Source of the DNA: Chiloscyllium plagiosum
Lineage: Eukaryota
Assembly: GCF_004010195.1 (NCBI RefSeq)
Contig: NC_057719.1
Coordinates: 35,745,092 to 35,766,918, forward strand
Direction of reading: 5' to 3'
Length of the DNA: 21,827 nucleotides
In this document: piece after piece, positions 9,906-20,177 of the stretch
Layout of the letters: each line of letters opens with the position of its first letter
How positions within the stretch are numbered: position 1 is the stretch's first letter
Notes under the pieces: model-generated
Seen by the model: only the letters and a program-made list of their open reading frames with translations
What the model was told of the DNA's origin: nothing
Databases searched by the model: none
Translations under genes and position numbers: made by a program

Positions 9906-10307
9906 ATTTTCTTTTCTCAAATGCATATTATCAGCATGTGGACATGAAAATTGTTCCTGAATCTATTAATAGTATCTCATACTAGGTACATTCAACATAT
10001 CAGGGTCTTCTTTTTCTTCTATGATCATCAACCTGATTAAGACTAAGAGCAGTGTTGAGCCATGTAAACTTCTGCGAAAGACTGCATGGCTGACTCATTC
10101 AGCAATATTACTACAAGTACCAAAAACAGTGATCCAAGTTTCTATATTTCCCCATGTACACTGAAGTCATGGTGGTGACCAATTAGGACCCAATGAAAAA
10201 TATTCCAATGAGTTATTATTAGTTTTTTTTTTACAATTTGCAGTAGTGATATTGGCCTGTGGTTATCAGGCTAATTGTTCCTTGTAAAGACAAAGCAGGT
10301 TTGATAT

Positions 10308-11026
10308 TGTTGACGGGAAAATCACCAGCATCGGAGTCAGAGTCGGGGTTCAATGACAGAGTTTATTGTACAAGGTGATATCGGAGCTCCAGGGAGAGAA
10401 AGACATCAACAGGACGGTGGTCAGCTGCGAGTCTTCTCTCAACCCATGGCACATGTCAAGATACTTTTATACATTTTCTGATATAATAGGTCAGTGATAA
10501 GGTTATTGTCTCTGTAACATAGTTTGTTTGTTGTAAACATTGCAGAATCGTTGATAGTTTCTATGCAGTCATTGTCAGTTCCAATGCAGCCTTTGTTAAT
10601 TTCAGCACGATCGTTGTCAGTTTCAATGTCTGTGCGGAATTCCATTACTGTGTTATTGGGTGCTAATCTCTCTTTTGGAGAAGGACAATTACTGCAGCCT
10701 GGCTATTAGCACTTTGTTTTGAGTCCATATCAAACTGCTAGCAAACTTTCTATCAAAGGTGTTGGCTGGACCCAGACACTCCAGTGGGCAGTATACGCTA
10801 TTCATGTGTATTCTCTCTCCCACCCACCTTAAACTAATCAATTAGGTTGTGAGTGCATTATGCTGGCATTCTGGTGGCCCCAGGCAGTTTGTGTGTTTGC
10901 TCTGCTGTCGCTCTCCAAATTGTGGTCCAGTGGCCATCTTGTGTGTCAAATGGCCAACTTATGGTTCAGCAGTCATCTTGTGTGTCCATGTGCCTAGTGT
11001 CACCCTGCCCCGTGCTATCTCCCACT
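10308..11026 (-). mobile_element. Probable solo LTR (ERV/LTR retrotransposon)
   Basis: The plus strand begins TGTTGA (CA end on minus). On the minus strand TATAAAA (10471-10465) is followed ~100 nt later by AATAAA (10367-10362), then ~55 nt to the end, giving a U3-R-U5 layout. The far end is imperfect (CCCACT) and the flanks are TGATAT/TGAATAT. Confidence 0.6.
10548..10631 (+). repeat. Degenerate 21-bp tandem repeat, 4 units
   Basis: TCGTTGATAGTTTCTATGCAG / TCATTGTCAGTTCCAATGCAG / CCTTTGTTAATTTCAGCACGA / TCGTTGTCAGTTTCAATGTCT. Confidence 0.75.
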
Positions 11027-12061
11027 TGAATATTAACGCCCATAACCAGTGAGAAATGATCCAAAGTGAAATAGGGATGTGATATTCACCTGCCACTAAC
11101 GGCCTACTCCTTGTATTTTACGGCAGCAGCTATTTGGCTGTGTGCCCCTCCTTGTAGAATCAGGATACTTAATTATTTAAAGTCAGGCTCCCATACTGGA
11201 ATTGAAGGTCTGATTTAAACTTCTGGTATATAAAGGTTTCTTTAGGAAAGTCTACAGTGAAATGAATGAGGGGATGTCTACCCCTCTAAGTAACTGTACG
11301 TGGCCCAAGAGGAATGGCAATTCTCCCAGTCCCTTCAAGAATGCCTTTGACCTCCCTCAGACCAAATTTCACCCAGCACTGTTGACCATTATTCAGTGGG
11401 ACTCTCTTCACTAGGAATCATTAAGAACAGTTTAAGGATCACTTGGCTATAGCTACCTGTCATCAATGTTCCCTCTTATCTGTGGGCCAGAAAACGAATC
11501 AAGAAGTTAACAAATTCATACAGTTCAATAGTTAATATTGGGCTATTGTTTCCTCTTGAAGAGACAAACAAGATTGGTGAAATAAGCAAATTGGTTCATT
11601 GAATCATGCAACACAGGTGGCCATTCAGCCAGTTATAGTTGCATTAGTTCTTCAATGAAGCCCTGGGAGTATATCCCTGGCTGCAACTGTAGTCTATGTT
11701 CACTTTATTTAAACATGCAAACAAGGACAAAGTTATCCAGTTTATTTTGAAGCACCAATCCTTCAGTTACACTCGAAATCGTGTCCTTCCTTGATCTATC
11801 ATAAAGCTGACATGTCTTAAACACTGCTTAAAAGAAACAAATTCCTTGTATCCAGAGAAGTAAGATGTGCTCTAGCTTCACAACCTCAAAATATTTCACT
11901 TTTTCTACTCGTCAATTACTATTTCAAATTTTGCATAATTTGATTGCTGTGATCAGGATGAAACATTGACTATAGATTATACTAGTGTGGTTTATATCTG
12001 TGTGGCCGTGAAATATCACGAACCTGTTGTGGTTCTGTTCGCCGAGCTGGAAGTTTTTGTT

Positions 12062-12101
12062 GCAAACGTTTCGTCCCCTGGCTAGGCAACATCATCAGTG
12101 T
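12062..12101 (-). ncRNA. Minimal type-I hammerhead motif (family C), mirror copy
   Basis: Minus strand: ACA CTGATGA T GTTGCCT AGCC AGGGGAC GAAA CG TT TGC. Confidence 0.62.
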
Positions 12102-12146
12102 TTGGGAGCCTCCTGCGAAGCGCTTCTTTGATGTTTCCTCTGGTGT

Positions 12147-12193
12147 NNNNNNNNNNNNNNNNNNNNNNNNNNNNNNNNNNNNNNNNNNNNNNN
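12147..12193. other. Assembly gap (47 N) inside the left arm of the palindrome
   Basis: Run of N. Confidence 1.
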
Positions 12194-12589
12194 CTTTAGT
12201 GGTTGGTATATTGGGTCCAGGTCGATGTGTTTGTTGATGGAGTTTGTGGATGAATGCCATGCCTCTAGGAATTCCCTGGCTGTTCTCTGTCTGGCTTGCC
12301 CTATGATAGTAGTGTTGTCCCAGTCGTATTCATGTTGCTTGTTGTCTGCGTGTGTGTGAATTTGACTGGGACAACACTACTATCATAGGGCAAGCCAGAC
12401 AGAGAACAGCCAGGGAATTCCTAGAGGCATGGCATTCATCCACAAACTCCATCAACAAACACATCGACCTGGACCCAATATACCAACCACTACAGCGGAC
12501 AGCTGAAACTGACAACCGGAAGCGGCAGGGACAGACCACTATAAACACCGGAGGAAACATCAAAGAAGCGCTTCGCAGGAGGCTCCCAA

Positions 12590-12629
12590 GCACTGATGAT
12601 GTCGCCTAGCCAGGGGACGAAACGTTTGC
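12590..12629 (+). ncRNA. Minimal type-I hammerhead motif (family C)
   Basis: GCA CTGATGA T GTCGCCT AGCC AGGGGAC GAAA CG TT TGC. Stem I is GCA/TGC, stem II is 6/7 bp and stem III is palindromic AACGTT. Confidence 0.7.
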
Positions 12630-13279
12630 AACAAAAACTTCCAGCTCGGCGAACAGAACCACAACAACGAGCACCCGAGCTACAAATCTTCGCACAAACT
12701 TTGAATCATGAACCTCTTATGTTGATTACATACTTCAGAGGATTTCTTGTTTCTGGATTCTGTAGTCTAAAGTCTCTTCCTTTATGTCGCCAAAAAACTG
12801 TCCGAAAGTACTGCCTGTTAATAAGTGCAAGTCTGCAATATCCTTATGATGCCAGATATCACCCAAACAATTGTTTATAATTGTAATCCCTGTGGTACAA
12901 GATCATTTAGCCCTAAAGTTGTATAAAGGCGACATAAAGAATGATTATAGCACAGTGACTAACTACTGTATAAAAGTAGAAAAAGTTAAATGAGGAACTT
13001 TAAAGAAATACACCAAAATCAGGATAAAATGAGCTTTGAAGGAATAGAAGTTTCTTAAGGATCTATGATCGTAAATGGTCTATATTTGTGCCCATCTACG
13101 GATTTGTTTTTCCCCAAAAACACAGGAAATGTGACATTTCAAAGAACTGTATCCATAAGCTATATGGCAAGTAATATTCATGTAATTTCTCTCAAACAAA
13201 TAGCTTGTGAGATTCAATCACTCCAGAAAAATATACAATATACTCCAATTATAATATTGACTTTTTGCAGTGTAGTTAC

Positions 13280-13815
13280 AGTCAGAATCGTATGGAATGG
13301 AAACAGATCCTTCAGTCCAACCAGTCCATGCTGAACATAATCCCAAATTAAACTAGTCCCACCTGCCTGCTCCTAGTCCACATCCCTCCAAACCTTTCCT
13401 AACCATGTACTTATCCAAATGTCTTTTAAATATTGTAATTATACCCGCATCCACCACTTCCTTCAGAACTTCATTCCACACGTGAACCACAGTGTAACTA
13501 AACTGTCCCCATTGTCTTTATTAAATCTCTCTCCTCTCACCTTAAAAATATGCCCCGTAATCTAGAAATCCCCCATCCTAGGGAAAAGACACGTACCATT
13601 AACCCTATCTGTACATCTCATGATTTTATAAATTTATATAAGGTCACCTCTCAATTGCCTATTCTCCAGTGAAAAAAGTTCCAACCTTTCTTTATAATTT
13701 GACCCTCCATACTCTGCAACATCCTGGTAAATCTCCTCTGAACTCTCTCCAGCTTAATAATATCCTTCCTAGAACTGGGCAACTAGAACTGGACACTACT
13801 CCAGAAGAGGCCTTG
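13280..13815 (-). mobile_element. CR1 LINE 3' fragment
   Basis: Reverse-complement similarity to 8600-9130 (ATCCCTCCAAACC.TTCCTA, CCACCACTTCC, TTCCACACGTGAACCAC, CAACATCCTGGTAAATCTC). Confidence 0.85.
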
Positions 13816-14689
13816 TTACAAACGTTTGAAGACTTTATTCACAAAGTATGTGGGAAATAACTATATAATTGACTACATAAATTAAAATACTGAAAATAAT
13901 TTAAGTCACACACATTGTTTACTTGTGCTATCCATGGGGCTAAAATCCTGGAACTTAGCACTGTGGGTGTACCTAGCTCTCATGAACTGCAGTACTTCAA
14001 GATGACAGTGCAACACCACCTTCTAAAGAGTAATTAAGGACGGGAAAACAATGCTCACATCCAGTGATATATCCCATGAAAGTAGTAAATATTAACCAAG
14101 TCATGTATTTCTGATGATCAGATCGTTGCAAACAAGTTGGAGCAGGTGCTGCCATGGGAAATTTTAATTCGCCTATAAAGGATTACATGCAACTTGACTG
14201 GAAATAAAGGTGTGTTTTTCAACTGAAGTTCTTGTTGATGATAAGAGCCCTCAGTCAGCCTTCACTCAGCATTACAAAAGCAGGCCGTTCTGCCGCTTTA
14301 TCTATTCCCCGAAATGTCTGAATTGCTCATTATTTCAAAAATCTGTCTAACCCAGCCTCTGCAGCCAAGAGTAAAACAATGTCAAAAATTAAAAGACCCC
14401 GAGACAAGAAATTACCCCATCTCTTTCCTAAATTATTCTGATACTGAGCCAGATTGCCTTGTGAGGGGAAATATCCCTTCAGCATCTACACTGTCAAACC
14501 TTCCCAGAATGTTTATGTTTCCTTAAGATCCACACATCATTCTTACCATTATGACAGTCACCATCCATCTGTCTTTTTCTTATAACCCTGTGAATAATCA
14601 TCCAAAGCCTCAATCTCCCAACCAACCAATCTCCACCACACTTCCAAGCAGTGTATTACTTGCTCATTTGTGGTAAATAATGTGTATTT

Positions 14690-15075
14690 TTTTTTAAATT
14701 CATTCAGGGATATGAGCATTGCTAGCTGGGCCAGCCTTTATTGTCTATCTCTAAATTTCCTGAATTGAGTGGCCTACTTCTGTCATTTCAGTGTATGGTT
14801 AAGAGTCAAATGCATTGTTAAGAGTATGGGATCACATACTCAGAGCCTGGAGCCAGACCATGTAAGGATGGCAAATTTCTGTCCCTACAGGACATTAGTG
14901 AACCAACTAGGTTTTTTACAAGAATCAACAGTGTTTAGCATGGTTATCAGAAGGCTCTCTATTCTCATTTCAGATTTCATCAAACACAAATTTCACAAAT
15001 GTGAACCCCATGCCCCCAGAACATTATCTTGAGGTTCTAAAGTACTAGTCCAGTGACATTACAACTATGGCTCAA
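14690..15075 (-). mobile_element. Old tRNA-derived SINE sharing its 3' tail with the CR1/L2-clade LINE
   Basis: The tail TTTTAAATTCATTCAGGGATATGAGCATTGCTAGCTGGGCCAGC.TTTATTG resembles 9545-9610. The head is TACTAGTCCAGTGACATTACAACTATG (tRNA-like, reversed). Confidence 0.5.
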
Positions 15076-15271
15076 CATTCCTTCCATGTATAAATATTTC
15101 TGGATTTCAAAATGGAGGCAGATGGATTTGGATCAGTTCTGCGAAGATTTTGTTTTTGAAAAGATCACATCATCAATTTGGAATAGTAACCTAAATAAAA
15201 TAGCTCCAAGGCAGCATATCATTACAGTAGAGTGCTTAGGATGCTAATGGATGAAATCTTTATACTGTTGA

Positions 15272-15934
15272 GTTTATGACAGGAAGAATAAATACATTTA
15301 GAGATCTAGTTTAGTTCTGACATCAGAATAGAGCAAAGACTTTGTTCAAAAGAACCCAGAGCTCTGATAAGGTAGAACAACTTCTCCTAACCTACCAGGA
15401 GAAATGACTAAGTTCAGAGGAACAAGTCACCCAATGGAGTGATTTTCAGTCTGTGGAGCTTCTGAGCCAGGAGATTGTGGCAATAAATCCTCAAATTGCT
15501 AGAACAGAGGAAATTTAATTCATCAAAATTGACAGCAGTTCATATCAGTAGATTCTAGAAGGCACTGATTAAAAAAAAAAGTCCAAGGTAAAGAAACTAG
15601 AAAATGTTAGATTTTAATAGCTGCGGCAAAGGTAATATTTCTCTGTGGTTGAATCTCTAACAGATGACTTTCGGAAACAGGTTGAAACTTTATTTTGATG
15701 CTTGTGATGAGATTTTTTTTTTCACCATACAATTTAGCTTTATTTCCTTCTTTATGTAACAAACTCATGTTCTGTTGTTAAAGAACATCAAGGCTTAAGT
15801 AAACATATTTCAATGACTAAGCACCATGTTAATTAATTGCATAAACTAAATTAAATTAAATTTATGCAAAGTCAAGCCAGGTTTCAGTCTAGCAACTGAC
15901 TTGTGCTGTAGTACCAGCAGCTGGGATCATAACT
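15272..15934 (+). mobile_element. Possible decayed solo LTR
   Basis: The ends GTTTATGA...GGGATCATAAC resemble TGTTATGA...TCATAACA LTR termini. No clear TSD. Confidence 0.3.
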
Positions 15935-16315
15935 TGCATATTCCAACCTTCTACTCTTCTTTTTTAGTCTTCATTTGCTGGCTTCTAAAATTTTCCCAAT
16001 CCTTTAGATTACTAATATTAACAGCACAGTACAGCTTTTCTTTCAATTTGATGCTGTAACTTATTAAAAATTCATCCAGGTAGTCTTTTATAAATGCAAT
16101 GTATTTTTTTTTTTAAAAAAGTATCTCTTTAAATGTCTATTACTGCTAAACTGTTACCTTAACTTTGAATCGATTTTACCAATTCACTTTGGCTAATTCG
16201 TCTTACCTTTGACATTTCCTTTAGTGTTAATGTTCTAGCTTCAGATCCGGTTTTCTCACCCTCAAATTGGACGGAAAATGTTTCCTTCTACCAACCATTA
16301 CTTACTGTAAATAAT

Positions 16316-16592
16316 GGGGTGGCATGGTAGCTCAGTGGGTTCAATTCCACCCTCTGACAATTGTTTGTGTGGAGTTTGCATGGGTTTGCTCCGGTTTCCT
16401 CCCACAGTCCAAAGATGTGCAGGTTAGGAGGACTGGCCATGTTAAATTGCCCATAGTGTTCAGGGATGTCTAGATTAGGTGCATTAGTCAGGGGTAAATA
16501 TAGGGTAGGGGAATGGGTCTGGGTGGATTATTCTTCAGAGGGTTGCTGTGGACTTGTTGGGCGGAAGGGCCTGCTTCCTTACTGGAGGGTTT
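16316..16592 (+). mobile_element. HE1-like V-SINE, internally deleted
   Basis: GGGGTGGCATGGTAGCTCAGTGG/GGTTCAATTCC head and CCCACAGTCCAAAGATGTGCAGGTTAGG core. Confidence 0.8.
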
Positions 16593-17010
16593 TATATATA
16601 TGTTATCTATATTAAAATAACCTGTTCCTAGTTGATTGCAGGAAGCATTTTGCTAACAAACTATCGTGAATATACTTTATAAACTCATCCTCCAGGCTAT
16701 GCTTCCTAATTTGATTTGTCCAATTTATAAGAAAATTAAAATCATAATTAAAACCGTACCTTTTCTACAATCCCCCATTTTTTCTTGATTTATTGTCTGT
16801 CCTTTAGTGTTACTATTGGGGGTATATAAACCATTCCCACCAGTGACTTCAGTCCTTATCTCCACATGAACTGATTCCACATTTTTTTTTCTCCAAGCAA
16901 AGATTGTTTCTACTACAATACTAATTCCAGCCTTTATCAACAGTTCTATTCGAACTCCGTTGCCTTTCTTCCTGACCTTCAAAAATTTTAAATACCCAGA
17001 ATATTAAGGT

Positions 17011-17210
17011 TGAAAAGTGTGGCGCTGTAAAAGTACAGGTCTGGAGGCATCTGAGCAGTAGGAGTGTCGACATTTTGGGCATTAGCCCATCATCAGGAAT
17101 CCTGCTCCTCAGATGCTGCCTGACCCGTTGTGCTTTGCCAGTGCCTCCTGTCTTCCTGTCATAAACTCAACAGTGCTGATCTCCAACATCTGTTGTCCTC
17201 ACTTTCCCTG
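17011..17210. mobile_element. Older palindromic PLE family A insertion with 13-bp TSD and decayed hammerhead (17066-17100, minus)
   Basis: AGAATATTAAGGT occurs at 16998-17010 and 17211-17223. The minus arm reads ATTC CTGATGA T GGGC TAAT GCCC AAAA TG TC GAC. Confidence 0.8.
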
Positions 17211-17489
17211 AGAATATTAAGGTCCCAAGACTTGTCAATGTGCAGTTGAGTCTCTATAATGGCTACCAATCCATTTATCTTTTTATGAATTATGCTTTCA
17301 AGAATCTCAAATCCTGCCATTTTAATAACTTTTCCCTACTTCAATTGCACAATCTCTTTGTTCACACTCTGGTTATCATTAACCTGTAATTGCTCTTTAA
17401 CTTGCCAAATCTGTCCTTATATGATCCCACCAGCAGTATTTAAATTAAACCACACTCGACAGCTCTTTATGACTTGCCAGGATACTGGC

Positions 17490-17752
17490 TTGAAGGTAGC
17501 AGAGAGTGGTAGTGTGGGTTGCTTTGCCGACTGGAGGCCTGTGACCAGCGGTGTACCATGAGGAGCGGTGCTGGTCTACTGTTTTTCATCATTTATATAA
17601 GTGATTTGGATGCGAACATAGGAAGTATAGTTAGTAAGTTTGCAGATGACACTAAAATTGGAGGTGTAGTGGACAGCGAAGGAGGTTACCTCAGAGTACA
17701 ACAGGACCTTGATCAGATGGACCAATGGGCTGACGAGTGGCAGATGGAGTTT
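17490..17752 (+). mobile_element. CR1 RT core fragment
   Basis: WRPVTSGVP* / LFFIIYISDLDANIGSIVSKFADDTKIGGVVDSE..QQDLDQM..WADEWQMEF. Confidence 0.92.
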
Positions 17753-17995
17753 TTAAACAGAAAGAAAATGTACACCTATTTTGTATCTGTTGCAATTCAA
17801 CAAAAATTAATAACAGCCATTCCCTAATTCATTTCTCAGGGCAATGCCTTGACTTAGCAGTCAGTCATCATTAACTGGCACATTCTCCATGGCAACAATG
17901 CTACCAGAGTTCGTTTGCCAACGGAATAGCATTCTCCCCTATACAGTATAAATGCTATTTTTCCTTAATATTATTTCTTGAAAATTGTACTGATG

Positions 17996-18332
17996 GGATG
18001 GAAGAGTGTCTCAGTGGTTAGCATTGCTGCCTCACAGCGTCAGGGACCCAGGTTAGATTTCACCCTCGGACGACTGCCCTTGTCGAGTTTGCACATTCTC
18101 CTTGTCTGCGTGGGTTTTCTCTGGTTGCCTACCACAGTTCAAACATGTGCAGGTTAGATGAATTGGTCATGCTAAATTGCCAATAGTATCCAAGGATTGC
18201 AGACTAGTTGAAAAAAAATGCAGGGTGACAGGGATTGAACGGTCTAGTGAATCTGGGTGGGATGCTCTTTGCAGGATTGGTATGGACCGAAATGGGCCGA
18301 ATGGCCTGCTTCTACATTGCAGGATTTCTATG
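17996..18332 (+). mobile_element. HE1-like V-SINE
   Basis: CTCAGTGGTTAGCATTGCTGCCTCACAGC..GACCCAGGTTAGATT head, V core and GGATTTCTATGA tail. Confidence 0.8.
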
Positions 18333-18687
18333 AGTGCAAGACAGGAGTTTGACAAAAGTTGCTTTTTTTCCAGGAAAAATCAAGGAAGCTTCCAGTAAAG
18401 TGCAGATTAAGGAATGGTGTTTTTTGAGGGGGGGGAAGGTGTTGCAGGAGGAGAGAGACAGAGATATTTGCTTCCACATATAGCAAGCAAATAATGACTG
18501 AACAGGCCAATTTAATTGATTCACTTAAATTGGGGGCCAGAGAAGGTGCAAATTTAAACAGCATGAAATCCTGCTGACTTGTGCAAAATGTCATCATTGT
18601 TGGGATTTTACGTGTAACATGACATGTCACAGAGATACATTTCCCTATTATTAAAAACAGCTGATATGCTGTTAATGCTAGATATTT

Positions 18688-19103
18688 GGTTTACTGTTAG
18701 CATGCTGTCTTGAGTCAAGAGGCTGTGGGTTCAAGTACACCATATTCTATAGCAAGATCTAAGCTGACAACTATTGTAACACCTAACATAAGTTGGCCTG
18801 TCAGTGGTGCTGTCTTTTGAGTCAGCCGCTAAATTTTCAATGCCTTTTCAGGTGGATATAAAAAATACAAAAGGAGCAAGGGAACTTTCACAGTACCTAT
18901 GGCAAAATTTATTCTTCAATCAAACATTAATAAAACAGATCATATCACCATGAACTCATGGCTATTTGTGGAACATTGTTGCATCAAAAGTGATTATTGC
19001 ATTGCCTATACACAATGATGATTATTCTTCATATTAGCAGTAATATTGTTTGGGAATCCCTAATATTGTGAAAGGTATTATTCAAATGCAAGTGTTTCTT
19101 TTT
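18688..19103 (+). mobile_element. Ancient DeuSINE-like (SacSINE1/AmnSINE-type) element
   Basis: tRNA-like head (GAGTCAAGAGGCTGTGGGTTCAAGT), TTCAGGTGGA..GCTATTTGTGG core and a GTGAAAGGT.TTAT..AAATGCAAGT..TTCTTT tail. Recognised from memory and highly diverged. Confidence 0.5.
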
Positions 19104-19426
19104 TCTCTGAAAATGTTGAAATGCTGAGACAGGTTTTACACTATTATGAAATATTGACGAATTAGGGCATATAATTGTGACACAGGAAATAAGCTGCTGT
19201 ATTTCTTAAGACATATAACATGTAGAAATTTTAGCTGCTTATAATGCAAAACCTCTGGCTCATGTCTAATTTTCATGAGAGAATTATATTTACCTACAAA
19301 TCTTCAACACCCTCTATTTCATACAAAACAGTATAGTTTGAAAACAAAATTGAACAGACTAAGCCTATATTCATTGGATTTTATAATAATGAAAAGTTAA
19401 AATTCTTAAAACTAACAAGATCTTGA

Positions 19427-19574
19427 AAAGTATAAAAACAGAAAATACTACAGAAATGCAACATGATATGACTCAATGCCATAGCAGATGCTGCCTGACC
19501 TGCTGGGTTTCTCTAAAAATGTTTTGTATTTAGTTCATTTTCCAGGATCTGCAGTTATTTTGCTTTTATTTGAT
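19427..19574 (+). mobile_element. Decayed PLE terminal fragment without ribozyme core, inserted into an old CR1 3' fragment (~19345-19915)
   Basis: GATGCTGCCTGACCTGCTG..TCCAGGATCTGCAG motif, with GATCTTGA at 19419-19426 and 19575-19582. Confidence 0.5.
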
Positions 19575-20046
19575 GATCTTGAGAGGACAAGATGAAAATT
19601 GGGAGAATGCTTCTTCTGGGTGGAAATGCTAGAAATAGTTTCAACATAAGAGGTCTCCCTTTCACAAAGCTTTTTTCCTTCCGAGAGGATTGTCATTATT
19701 GGAATGCTTTTCCCAGAACAGAGACTGGACTAAATGAATTTACTGAAGGACGAGTTAGACAGATCTTTAATAAACAAGGAAATCAAAAGTTAAGGGGGCA
19801 TACAGAAAAGCAGAGTTAAAACCACAACTAGATCGGCCACCATCATATTGAATGGTACAGCAAGCTCAAAGAGCTGCATAGCCTGCTCCCTGTTTTCAAG
19901 TCTTAATGCTCCTGAGATAATCTAAGAAAAATAGTTCTATACTGGTGAACCACAGCTACGGTTACAAACGATGCCATGACATGCATACCACCAAACTATC
20001 ACAATGGTGAAGAATTTGATTACATGATTTCAACCTAATTCATTTC

Positions 20047-20177
20047 TTCATTTCCTGAAGAAGGGCTCATGCCCGAAACGTCGATTCTCCTGCTCCTTGG
20101 ATGCTGCCTGACCTGCTGCGCATTTCCAGCAACACATTTTCAGCTCTGATCTCCAGCATCTGCAGTCCTCACTTTGT
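20047..20177 (+). mobile_element. Young single-arm PLE family A element with 13-bp TSD
   Basis: CCTAATTCATTTC occurs at 20034-20046 and 20178-20190. The body is nearly identical to the reverse complement of 7930-8053. Confidence 0.88.
20051..20087 (+). ncRNA. Minimal type-I hammerhead motif (family A), intact core
   Basis: TTC CTGAAGA(20055-20061) A GGGC TCAT GCCC GAAA CG TC GATT. Confidence 0.68.

Larger units (their letters stand above)
12026..12704. mobile_element. Palindromic two-arm PLE family C insertion containing the GIY-YIG endonuclease C-terminus
   Basis: The minus arm (12026-~12355) mirrors the plus arm (~12357-12704). ORF 12352 reads FDWDNTTIIGQARQRTAREFLEAWHS..INKHIDLDPIYQPL, typical of a Penelope ORF end. 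The TSD is ATCACGAACCT (12015-12025) / ATCATGAACCT (12705-12715). Confidence 0.9.
15950..17300 (-). mobile_element. Old CR1 ORF2 N-terminal (endonuclease) remnants, interrupted by a SINE and a PLE insertion
   Basis: ORF 16725-16982 (-) reads RKKGNGV..LLIK..NVESVHVEIR..GLYTPNS..GDC, a decayed APE-endonuclease-like sequence. Confidence 0.55.

Noticed and set aside
11050..11460. Possible retroviral internal remnant beside the LTR
   Set aside because: I could not read a convincing open frame, polypurine tract or pol/env motif.
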